This document shows positions 18,823-28,200 of a stretch of DNA of 64,000 nucleotides, in pieces; the first letter of the stretch is position 1, and every line of letters starts with the position of its first letter. This DNA is from a virus. The notes under the pieces were generated by a model. That model worked only from the letters and a program-made list of their open reading frames with translations, was not told where the DNA came from and ran no database searches. The translations under genes and the position numbers were made by a program. The stretch lies in IMG/VR virus record IMGVR_UViG_3300024239_000017, one strand, 5' to 3'.

Positions 18823-19276
18823 ATGAAACAAATAAAAGCAATACCAAAATTAGTTTTCGATAAACACTTTACTAATAAGGAGTTTGAATATTATGATTAC
18901 TCTTGTTTTATTTCAATACTTGATATTGATAATAATGAGCAAAAGTTTGATAAATCAATAGACAATTTTCTACAAGTAAAAATATGGGATATTGAAGAAG
19001 ATCTGTTTGAAAATGGTGAGTTAAAATATGAAAAACCAAATGATAAAGAACTAAAAAAAAATAGTTGATTTTATAAATAAACATAAGGATAAATCAGTAT
19101 TTATAGTTCATTGTTCTGCTGGGATTTCTCGAAGCGGTGCGGTTGCAATTTTTTTGTATGATAAATTTTTGTCAGAAATAGACAAAGAACAATTCAGAAG
19201 AGAAAATAAATACATAAGACCAAACCTTTATATTTTAAACAGATTGAAGTATTTAGATATTGTCGTTTTAGAATGA
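18823..19276 (+). pseudogene. protein tyrosine / dual-specificity phosphatase, frameshifted at an A9 run (cassette 1)
   Basis: Removing one A from 19053-19061 fuses the ORF to ...FIVHCSAGISRSGAVA...IRPNLYIL*, which has the HCxxGxxR motif. Confidence 0.8.
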
Positions 19277-19277
19277 C

Positions 19278-19372
19278 GACTAACGGTTCGGGTATATATT
19301 CAGTACCCTTGCACCGAACTTAAAAATTTAATATAAACTTTAATAGGGTATTGTATATATACTTTGTTAGCA
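19278..19372. repeat. attC-like site 1
   Basis: GACTAAC ... GGTATATATTCAGTACCCT / AGGGTATTGTATATATACT ... GTTAGCA. Confidence 0.75.
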
Positions 19373-19385
19373 AACGTTAATTATT

Positions 19386-19634
19386 ATGGATGAAGTTAAA
19401 ATGTTTTTATTTGCAAGGTGGATTGCTACTTGCTATGCTGATACACATTTAGATAGTAAAATGAAATGTAAGCACGATGAAGGATTTAAAGAGTCAGAAG
19501 CAATCTCAGTTTTAAATAGAGAAACAGGATATTGGTATAAGGAACAATTAAAACATTTTAACGATGTCGTGTATCCGAACTACATTGAAAACGGAACAGT
19601 TGAAAATACGAAACAGTTCTTTAATGTTTGCTAA
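19386..19634 (+). CDS. cassette 2 hypothetical protein
   Basis: The stop TAA lies within the TAAC core. Confidence 0.75.
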   Translation: MDEVKMFLFARWIATCYADTHLDSKMKCKHDEGFKESEAISVLNRETGYWYKEQLKHFNDVVYPNYIENGTVENTKQFFNVC

Positions 19635-19759
19635 CGATTTGGTGTTTCTGAAGAACGGGCTACGGAAACTGAACTGACTAAATATAACTGAAATAACAAC
19701 TAAAATCGCAATAACAATAGATGTTTTTAAACCCGTTTTTTAGAAACATATTGTTAGCA
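19629..19759. repeat. attC-like site 2
   Basis: TGCTAAC ... TGTTTCTGAAGAACGGG / CCCGTTTTTTAGAAACA ... GTTAGCA. Confidence 0.75.
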
Positions 19760-19776
19760 GCAGTAACACTAATTAT

Positions 19777-20064
19777 ATGGCACTTGATTTAGAAGAAATG
19801 AAAAAAAATATAGACGAGTTTTTAGCAAATATAACACAAGAGGAAATTAACAAATATTTTCCTCCTGATACTCGTCCAAAAGGTTGGTTAAGTATTGAAG
19901 AATATTTACCAATGATGTGTGCAATTGACATTGTACAGGGATATACACTTTATAAAGTGAAAGACAAGAATGGTAACGAATTTGAAAGTGCTGTATCAGA
20001 CCATAATAATTGGTATTACTACGCAAAAGAAGAAGGTATTACTCACTGGTGGAATGGAGAGTAG
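19777..20064 (+). CDS. cassette 3 hypothetical protein
   Basis: ORF filling the cassette. Confidence 0.75.
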   Translation: MALDLEEMKKNIDEFLANITQEEINKYFPPDTRPKGWLSIEEYLPMMCAIDIVQGYTLYKVKDKNGNEFESAVSDHNNWYYYAKEEGITHWWNGE

Positions 20065-20071
20065 TTATTGC

Positions 20072-20203
20072 TGCTAACGTTTTGCGTGTATAAGAAGTGG
20101 CGTAGAACGTGCCGAAGCATTACAAAAATTAAATAATTATAAATTAATAAATAACCAATCCAAAACTGCCGATAGTAGCCATTTTTTATACACGCTGTTA
20201 TCT
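20072..20203. repeat. attC-like site 3
   Basis: TGCTAAC ... GCGTGTATAAGAAGTGGC / GCCATTTTTTATACACGC ... GTTATCT. Confidence 0.75.
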
Positions 20204-20233
20204 TTCAGTTGCGGGTTTTAAAAACAGAATATT

Positions 20234-20467
20234 ATGAACATTCAAGACGAATTACAGAAAATCCACCATCAGTATGGAACAAGCGAAAAAGCTAATTATG
20301 AAATACAAAAACTATTTGACAAACAAATTAGAGAAAGTGATTTTTTAGCGTGTCATTTTACTAAACATATTTTAAATATGCCAAATAATAAATTAGAGAG
20401 TAAAACAGTAAAAGAACATTACTCAGAGTTTAAAAAACGTTATTTAGAAGAAAATAGTAGCAATTGA
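20234..20467 (+). CDS. cassette 4 hypothetical protein
   Basis: ORF filling the cassette. Confidence 0.7.
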   Translation: MNIQDELQKIHHQYGTSEKANYEIQKLFDKQIRESDFLACHFTKHILNMPNNKLESKTVKEHYSEFKKRYLEENSSN

Positions 20468-20597
20468 AGATAACGTTCGAGCATTGGCGAAGTGCAGACT
20501 AAGGATGCCGAACCTGAAAGGTTCAAGTCCGTGGCAAACGAAGGCAAATGCGACTATTAATAACTCAACTCTGCATTTTGCCAATGCTGTGTTATAC
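20468..20597. repeat. attC-like site 4
   Basis: AGATAAC ... AGCATTGGCGAAGTGCAGA / TCTGCATTTTGCCAATGCT ... GTTATAC. Confidence 0.75.
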
Positions 20598-20667
20598 GAA
20601 GAAGTTTTTTAGCAAAGGCAATACGGCTGGAACAGACGTAAATATTAACAAAGAAATTATATAAATA

Positions 20668-20925
20668 ATGAAAACAATTACAGGATTTATTTTCGGATTA
20701 GTAATGGCAATTTTAATTTCAGCCACTACCATCAATACCAGTTTAATTACAACAAAACCAAATACTCCAAAATCTGTTTTAGTGAAAGGATTTGGATATA
20801 ATGAAGAAGAAGAAATTCAGCAATACGTTTCAGCTTGTACCAAAGACGGTTATGTTGTAAAATCGCTTAATGGTGGTGGTGGAAGTGGAGGAAGTTGGTG
20901 GTTTTTAGTGATGGAAAAATATTAA
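20668..20925 (+). CDS. cassette 5 small exported/membrane protein
   Basis: Signal-like N-terminus; paralogue of 7571..7792. Confidence 0.75.
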   Translation: MKTITGFIFGLVMAILISATTINTSLITTKPNTPKSVLVKGFGYNEEEEIQQYVSACTKDGYVVKSLNGGGGSGGSWWFLVMEKY

Positions 20926-21011
20926 AACACAACATTATAAAAAAAAGCGATGGCAAAAAACTTTTTTGTATAACACAAAAATAGACGCAATAAAAGTATT
21001 ACAAAAACACG

Positions 21012-21197
21012 ATGAAGCCTTTGTACACAGAAGTTTTTACGCTCAAAATTTCAAAGCAACAAAAACAGACTTTAGAGAAGTTGAAATCAAGAAATATAAA
21101 GGTTTCATCTTTTGTAAGAAAAGCAATTGCGGAGAAAATAGAGCGTGATTATGAAAATCTAAAAGAAAAACCTAAAAAAGAATATTGTCCTTTTTAA
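21012..21197 (+). CDS. ribbon-helix-helix DNA-binding protein
   Basis: VFTLKIS..QKQTLEKL..RNIKVSSFVRKAIAEKI fits the beta-helix-helix pattern. Confidence 0.7.
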   Translation: MKPLYTEVFTLKISKQQKQTLEKLKSRNIKVSSFVRKAIAEKIERDYENLKEKPKKEYCPF

Positions 21198-21235
21198 TTT
21201 AAAACTTCCCACTAGTAAGTAAGTGGAACTATATA

Positions 21236-21529
21236 ATGAACAAAAAAGAATTTTATAATGACAATGATAAAGCATTTTTTGATGCTGGATTTGAAAGAAC
21301 AGTTGATGATGAACTATTTCTATACTTTAAACAATTAATTTCTGAAGATGAAATTGAAAATCATGATTTAGAAGAGGAAGAAGTTCCAACACTTTTATTT
21401 GGAACCAATGGAATAAATAGTGGTTTTGCTATATATACAGGAACACATTTCATTTGGATTGATTCTGAAACACCTAAAGATGCAAGTGATTTTGCTGATA
21501 AAATATTATCATTTGACACAATATTTTGA
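21236..21529 (+). CDS. hypothetical acidic protein
   Basis: Packed ORF. Confidence 0.65.
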   Translation: MNKKEFYNDNDKAFFDAGFERTVDDELFLYFKQLISEDEIENHDLEEEEVPTLLFGTNGINSGFAIYTGTHFIWIDSETPKDASDFADKILSFDTIF

Positions 21530-21531
21530 AT

Positions 21532-22302
21532 ATGAAAAGATTTAAGTTATATAAAGTTGGGGGATGTGTAAGAGATTCTATATTAGGAGAATCTCCAAAA
21601 GACATTGATTTTGTTTTTGAATTTACACAGGATTTTCTAGATAGTGTTATAGGAAATGCCTCTGCAAACGTTTTATATATTACAATGAATAAAATGTTAG
21701 AACTAGAAGGTTTTACTATATTACAGGATTTACCAGATTATTTTACAACTAAAGCAAGATTTCCTAAAGGACATAAATATGAAAATTTAGTTGCAGATTT
21801 TGTAATGTGTAGAAAAGAAATTTATACAGATTCATATAGTAGAAGACCTATTGTTTCTCCTGGTACCATATATGACGATTTAGAGAGAAGAGATTTTAGA
21901 ATGAATGCTATTGCAGAAGATGAAGAAGGTAATATTATAGACCCTTTTAACGGTGTAGAAGATATTAAAAATAGGATAATAAGTTGTCCTAAAAATGCAA
22001 AACATTCTTTTTCAGAAGACCATCTTAGAATGCTAAGAGCAATAAGATTTTGTATAACTAAAGATTTTACTCTCGATGACGAGGTATGGGAAGCTTTATG
22101 TAATAAGAACTTTTGGACTAATTTACAATATCATGTTTCTATAGAAAGGATAAAAGACGAGTTATACAAGTGTTTTAAACATGATACTATTAGAACTATG
22201 AGATTGCTAATAGATATTGAATTTTTTGCAGAAATACTTATTTTAGAAAATATTTTCCCTGAAAAATTATGGTTAGAACCAACATTAAAAAGTAGAAAAT
22301 AA
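21532..22302 (+). CDS. cca: tRNA nucleotidyltransferase (CCA-adding/poly(A) polymerase family), short form
   Basis: VGGCVRD..LG..PKDIDF, DDLERRDFRMNAIA, DPFNG..DI, EDHLRMLRAIRF and SIERIKDEL. Confidence 0.88.
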   Translation: MKRFKLYKVGGCVRDSILGESPKDIDFVFEFTQDFLDSVIGNASANVLYITMNKMLELEGFTILQDLPDYFTTKARFPKGHKYENLVADFVMCRKEIYTDSYSRRPIVSPGTIYDDLERRDFRMNAIAEDEEGNIIDPFNGVEDIKNRIISCPKNAKHSFSEDHLRMLRAIRFCITKDFTLDDEVWEALCNKNFWTNLQYHVSIERIKDELYKCFKHDTIRTMRLLIDIEFFAEILILENIFPEKLWLEPTLKSRK

Positions 22303-22901
22303 TGAACAATTTTTACAAATTAAAAAGTTATGTAGATAATCTTGAAGTAGATGATTTTCTATATATAGAAATTATGATTCGCAATAAAGATCAAAAAGAT
22401 AATATTGGTAAAAATAATAGAATTATAAAATCTTACAAAGTAGATATTTTAACAGATTTGAATAGATTAGAAGAAGATATTAAAAAGTTATGTAAAACTT
22501 TTAATGCTAGAGCATACATATATTTATCTCCTAGAAATAATGAAAAAGTATTTTCAGAAATGTTATTGTTAATGGCTAATTATAATAAGATGAAAAATTA
22601 TGATTCAATAAATAGAGTTTTTGATAAAGCATTAAAAAGTATAAAAGGTTCAATGAAACATTTTATAATTGATATAGACACTAAAGATCTACATTATATA
22701 ACAAATGTTAGAGAAGAAATAATAAATAGCGCTAAGTTAGATTCTATAGAAGCACCACTAATAGATATTTTTGAAACAAACAGTGGTTATCATATAATAA
22801 CTAAACCTTTTAATTATTACAAAACTTTTAAAGATAAATTTCCAGATATAGAAATACATAAAAATAATCCTACTTTACTTTATTATGATGGTAAAGTATA
22901 A
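22302..22901 (+). CDS. hypothetical protein, possible AEP/prim-pol-like fold
   Basis: IIDID...ETNSGYHII motifs. Confidence 0.6.
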   Translation: MNNFYKLKSYVDNLEVDDFLYIEIMIRNKDQKDNIGKNNRIIKSYKVDILTDLNRLEEDIKKLCKTFNARAYIYLSPRNNEKVFSEMLLLMANYNKMKNYDSINRVFDKALKSIKGSMKHFIIDIDTKDLHYITNVREEIINSAKLDSIEAPLIDIFETNSGYHIITKPFNYYKTFKDKFPDIEIHKNNPTLLYYDGKV

Positions 22902-22911
22902 AAAATAAATT

Positions 22912-24270
22912 ATGATAACAGGAAAAGATTTAATAGCATTAGGATATATTCCTAATAAGCTATTTGGGGACGCAATAAAATATATAAATACATATGAATT
23001 ATCTACAGAAGAAATCAAATCTTTTCTAGATGAATTCTTTAAACCAACTCCTACTTTGGAGCCTTTTAAAACTCCTGTAGATTATATTCTTAATATTGAA
23101 GTAGAAAATCAAGACGAAGTAAACAACCTTAGTGCCATACACAATACTATGCAAGTCTTAATGAAGACTCCTACAGTGTTAACAGGTGTAATAATGCCTG
23201 ACGCTTGTCCTACAGGAGAGCCTGGTCAGATACCTGTAGGTGGTGTTGTAGTAACAGAAAATGCTATACACCCATCTATGCACTCAGCAGATGTATGTTG
23301 TTCAGTTATGACTTCTGATTTAGGTAAAATTGATCCTAAAGAAGTATTAGATATAGCATTTGCAACCACACATTTTGGTGCAGGCGGTAGAAAAGAACAT
23401 GGTGGTTGGGGAGATTTACTATATGATAATAATTACTTAGTAGAAAAAATACTAGGTAATTACTATACAAAAGATTATATAGAAAAAGCAGCAAAACATT
23501 TAGGAACTCAAGGTGATGGAAATCACTTTTTATTCGTAGGTATTTCTGAAAAAACAGGTAATACTCATATAGTAACACATCATGGTTCTAGAGGATTTGG
23601 TGCGGCAGTATATAAAAAAGGAATGGACACAGCAGAAAAGTATAGAAAAGAGCTTTCTCCAAATACTTTAAAGAAAAATGCTTGGATTCCTTATGATAGT
23701 GTAGAAGGTAAATTATATTGGGAAGCTCTTCAAATAGTAAGAGAATGGACTAAACTTAATCATGAATCACTTCATAATAGAATTATAAATAAATTAAAAA
23801 TTCAATATGAAAATAGATTTTGGAACGAGCATAATTTTGTTTTCAAAGACGGTAATAAATTCTATCACGCTAAAGGTGCTACACCATTAGAAGATAAATT
23901 TGTACCTGATTCACAAAATGGATTAAGATTAATACCTTTGAATATGTCACAACCTGTTTTGGTTGTAAAAGGTGAAGCTACAGATACAAATTTAGGATTT
24001 GCACCTCATGGTGCTGGTAGAAATGTATCAAGAGCAGAACATCATAGAAGACACGCTAACAAAACTGACGAACAAGTTTTTAAAGAAGAAACAAAAGGAC
24101 TTGATGTTAGATTTTATACAGGTAAAATAGATATATCTGAGTTACCTAGTGCATATAAAAATGCAGAAAGTGTACAAAGACAAATAGAAAAATTTGGACT
24201 AGGTACTGTTGTGGATAGAATAATGCCTTATGGTTGTATAATGGCAGGAAAACAAGAAAAATTTTATTAA
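22912..24270 (+). CDS. rtcB: RNA 3'-phosphate ligase RtcB
   Basis: MPDACP, SADVCCS, GTQGDGNHF, THHGSRG, HNFV, HAKGAT, PHGAGR and SELPSAYK. Confidence 0.92.
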   Translation: MITGKDLIALGYIPNKLFGDAIKYINTYELSTEEIKSFLDEFFKPTPTLEPFKTPVDYILNIEVENQDEVNNLSAIHNTMQVLMKTPTVLTGVIMPDACPTGEPGQIPVGGVVVTENAIHPSMHSADVCCSVMTSDLGKIDPKEVLDIAFATTHFGAGGRKEHGGWGDLLYDNNYLVEKILGNYYTKDYIEKAAKHLGTQGDGNHFLFVGISEKTGNTHIVTHHGSRGFGAAVYKKGMDTAEKYRKELSPNTLKKNAWIPYDSVEGKLYWEALQIVREWTKLNHESLHNRIINKLKIQYENRFWNEHNFVFKDGNKFYHAKGATPLEDKFVPDSQNGLRLIPLNMSQPVLVVKGEATDTNLGFAPHGAGRNVSRAEHHRRHANKTDEQVFKEETKGLDVRFYTGKIDISELPSAYKNAESVQRQIEKFGLGTVVDRIMPYGCIMAGKQEKFY

Positions 24271-24271
24271 A

Positions 24272-24571
24272 ATGGATAATATATTTAATGTCTTTATAGG
24301 AATAGGTGTAACTGTAACATTTTTAGGAATGTTAATCACTTATTTAACTTATGATGAGCCCATGTATGTGGTAGAATACAATCACTGTTTATTAGGTAAT
24401 AATGATAGTGATAATAATAAAATACGAGTTAGAGTAAGAAAAGAAGGATTTTTTACTACTAAAATATATGACGAGTATATTTATTATTCTACATCGACAG
24501 AAGGTAAAATTATAATGGGTATGCTTAAAGACTGTTTAGAAAATGATAAACCAATACCTTTAAATTATTAA
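24272..24571 (+). CDS. hypothetical membrane-anchored protein
   Basis: Hydrophobic N-terminus. Confidence 0.6.
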   Translation: MDNIFNVFIGIGVTVTFLGMLITYLTYDEPMYVVEYNHCLLGNNDSDNNKIRVRVRKEGFFTTKIYDEYIYYSTSTEGKIIMGMLKDCLENDKPIPLNY

Positions 24572-24574
24572 AAT

Positions 24575-24892
24575 ATGAATATGGAATATATATCAACAAT
24601 GAACTTCACAAGTTCAAAAGGAAAAAAGTATTACAGAGGAACTGTAATTAATAACAGTGAGTATTTATTACTTAATTATAACGATAGACGTATGTTTAAG
24701 GTAAAAGAAAGTTTCAATAACGATTCAAAAAATAACGATAATTATTTAAATGGGACTACAGGATCTTATTATGATTATTCTAGTCCATCTTATGACAATT
24801 CAAGTAGTAGTAATAACGATTCTTCATCTTCATTTGACGGCTTCGGTGGTGGAGGCGACTTTGGAGGTGGTGGAGCAAGCTCAGATTGGTAG
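24575..24892 (+). CDS. hypothetical protein with Ser/Gly-rich tail
   Basis: C-terminal FDGFGGGGDFGGGGASSDW. Confidence 0.7.
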   Translation: MNMEYISTMNFTSSKGKKYYRGTVINNSEYLLLNYNDRRMFKVKESFNNDSKNNDNYLNGTTGSYYDYSSPSYDNSSSSNNDSSSSFDGFGGGGDFGGGGASSDW

Positions 24893-25141
24893 ATATGATT
24901 GATTACATTATAATATTTTTACTGTACATATACCTATTGTAATAGTGTATTTTTCATTTAGAAGGATGTATATAAAATCTGATATTACTAGCAATAGTAT
25001 AATATTAGATATAATACTTATATTTTTACCTATTGTTAATTTATTCTTATCTTTAATTGTAATAGGAACCTATTTAATGAACTTAGATTTTTCAAATATT
25101 AATAAAAACTTTTAAAGATTTTTTACTTTAAAAGATAAATT

Positions 25142-25184
25142 AAAATCCCCCAGATTCCTTAATTGGAGTTTGGGGGATTTTTTT
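25142..25184. terminator. bidirectional intrinsic terminator between converging gene blocks
   Basis: AAAATCCCCCAGA...TTTGGGGGATTTTTTT. Confidence 0.85.
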
Positions 25185-25243
25185 GTTTCTACTCTTCGCT
25201 AATTTTTTAAGATGGACTGAGGAGACGTTTAATGTTTCCACAC

Positions 25244-28200
25244 TCAATAAAACTTTTTGCTTAAACTGTTTAAAGCATTTCTTATTTCTCCACCTCTCTG
25301 TGCATAATTTGTATTATTGTTAGAATTATTTTTAGCAATATTATTCATCATCCATATTATGTTCTGTTTGAATTTTTCCTCACCTTTACGAGTATCCTCG
25401 TCATTATCCTTCATATAATCAGGTTGATTATAACTATCACTTCCTTTAGTGGCATTTATAAATTCGTATACATCAGGATACATTTCTCTTAATAATGAAT
25501 TACCACCACCTTGCTTATTTAACTCTTTAAATTTATTAAGATGTTCTTCTGTAAAATCTTCTTTGGAAGCATCATAAATTCCTTGATTTTTAAGTTCTTG
25601 TCTAAAACTTTGCATTCTAGCTAAATACTCTGTAGGATTAGAAGTATAATCAGTTACTATAGGTCTATCATAATCTGTACCATTAACTTTGAATCTAATA
25701 TTATTGAATTTTTTAGATATAAAAGAATCACTAAATGGTTCATAGTTATCAGGATTATCAAATTCTTGCCCCGCTCTAGTAAAAGCATCATCTTCTTTTA
25801 AATACTTTTCAGTATCTGTACTTATAGGTAACATTCTATCTATAAATTCACGTTCTTTTTTGAAGTATGGATCCAATAAGTTTTTTGCCAATCCTTCACT
25901 ATTCATTCCGTCAGGTCTATTACCCCTAGTTCTATTGATAATATCTATCAATGTTTTTGTAGGCATGTCTACTGTACCGTCAGTAATAGCATGTGATATT
26001 TCATGGGTAAAAACACTAGGATTAAGTTTCGAACCCTCTTTTGTAACTTCTATATTACCTGCTTTTGTTGGATGTATTCTATAATTATATTTTTCATCAT
26101 TTCTATAATCATTTTCTCTTGCATAAGTTACACCTAAAGTACCCTTTTCATTATTGATATTATCTACTATACTGATATTTTTTGAAGCATTTTGAAAATT
26201 ATTCTTTCTATTCTCATATAATCTATTAATAGTTTCTTCATCAGCATTAGGATATTCTTTTTTAAGCCTTTCTAAATACTTCGGTGAATTAATGTATTCT
26301 TTAAACCAAGCTACCTGTTGATCTTTATTCATTGGCTTCTTACCTCCTAATTGTGCATACCACATATTGTTTTCTGTTTTTCTATTATCTACTATATTAT
26401 TCAATAACCAAACAGCATCGTCTTGAGAGTTTAATATATTGAGTAATTCTCCTGAATTAGCTTCTATTAAAGGTTTATTGTTATTTTCTCCTGGTTTTTT
26501 ATAATTATTTAAAAACTTAGTTAAATGTTCTTTAGTTATAGGAGATTTATAAGGATCTACAATACCACTATCTTTAAGTTCTTTTCTTAGAACATTCAAT
26601 CTGGCATGTACTTCTGTAGGATTACTTAGGTAACTTCCTGAATCATCTCTAACCCTAGATAAAATATCCTCTACATCATTTCTGAGTAATAATTGATTTG
26701 CTCCTGTAGATTGATGAGTACCTTCATGTAATATAACATTTTCTGGAGCCATTCTTCTAGTTACAATATTGCCATATTTACTATTTGGACTAGTATAAGA
26801 AGTTCCTTGAAGGTCTTTGTTATTAAATCTTTCTCCCCTTTTTCTTGTATATGAATTTGTCGATTTTAATAAATCTTCTGCTGTAGATATTTCCAAATTC
26901 TGTCCACTAATTCTATCTAATCTAGTAGAAAGATTATCTACACCACTTTGCCCTTCTCTTTTAAAGGCTATTTTATTAGCCATAGGAGATTCTAACCATC
27001 CTTTCAAATAACCTATTTCGTCTGTCTTTAACATGGTTTGGGGTTTCAATACCCCATTAGTGTCAGAATATTCCCATTTTGATTCTGTAATCCCTCCTTT
27101 CTGAAATTTTGTAAGTAATTCATTTAAAGAATTTCTAACATTTCCTCCTAATTTTTTTCTAGTAACAGTAATTTCAGGGTATTTAATACCTCTATCGTCT
27201 ATAGAAGCCTTAGGTAATTTCTTAACACTTTTAGAATTTATACCATCTATTAATGAGTTTATCTCTTTTAATATAAGCTTCTCATCTAAATTAGCTAAAT
27301 CTGGAAATCCTGCACTATTTAAATACTTATACCCGTGATAATTAACGTCTATCATGTCATTTGTAATACCCCTGTCCACTAATTTAAGTGTCATAGGATA
27401 ACTATCGCTAGATAGAGAATTCGCTGGTAAAAAAACTTTTCCTTTTTCTGATGAATTTACTTTATCGTATGCTTTTTTAAGCTTAGCCATTGGATTTAAA
27501 TTCTCTCTTTTATACAAAGTTGGCATTAATTCTTCATCGTATTCTAAAGGCTTTCTTTCTATGAAAGGTGAAACTTTTTTATTAATATTTGATAATAAGC
27601 TATTACTATTAGTTTCAGTAGTAGGAACTCTTAAATTTCTAAATATAGGAGTTATATGTTCGACTAAATCGTCTTCGGAATATAAAGGTATTCTTGTATC
27701 ACTAATTATTTCTTCTACATTTTGTTTACTTATAGGTTGTTCTTTTAATGCTTTAAGTCTACTATTTAAACTATTTTTATCAAAACCTGTAAGTAATATG
27801 AATTGGTCATCATTTAAATGAGAAGAATTTTTAAATACGTCTTCTATTAACTTTGCATCACTATATAATTCACCTGAATTAACAATACTTCCTACATTTC
27901 TAACTGTAGATAATAATTTCTTTTCTCCATGTGAAAGACTCTCAGGTTTATTCAAAAATTTAAACTCTAAAGATTTTACTAAATTATTTAATTCTTCTTT
28001 AGTACCTACTTTATTTTTAAATAGTTTTGCTAAATCGTCAGATACTCCTGCGGCTGGAACTACTCCTAATAAATTTACAGCACCGCTTATCGTGTGCTTT
28101 CCAGCACCTTTAAAATTCCCTTCTATTAACTTTTCAGGGATTGTAACTACGTCTTTTGCTCCCTCTATTCCAGAATCAATCCATGATAATGGGTTAGCTA

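Larger units (their letters stand above)
18811..20974. mobile_element. integron-like gene cassette array without integrase (5 cassettes, 4 attC-like hairpins)
   Basis: Each of cassettes 2-5 is bracketed by a cassette-specific GTTA.../...TAAC inverted repeat; consecutive cassettes are joined by TAAC-hairpin-GTTA elements. Confidence 0.8.

Noticed and set aside
19278-20597. CRISPR array or simple terminators
   Set aside because: The repeats are not identical, the intervening units are whole genes, the stems have long loops and no poly-T tail, and cassette-specific end complementarity is not explained by either.
20966-21148. Alternative 60-aa ORF overlapping the RHH gene
   Set aside because: TTG start inside the cassette end repeat and no motif; 21012..21197 is the better call.
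24895-25115. Possible frameshifted small membrane-protein gene
   Set aside because: The first frame stops after 15 codons and the remainder is low-complexity hydrophobic sequence; too weak to call.
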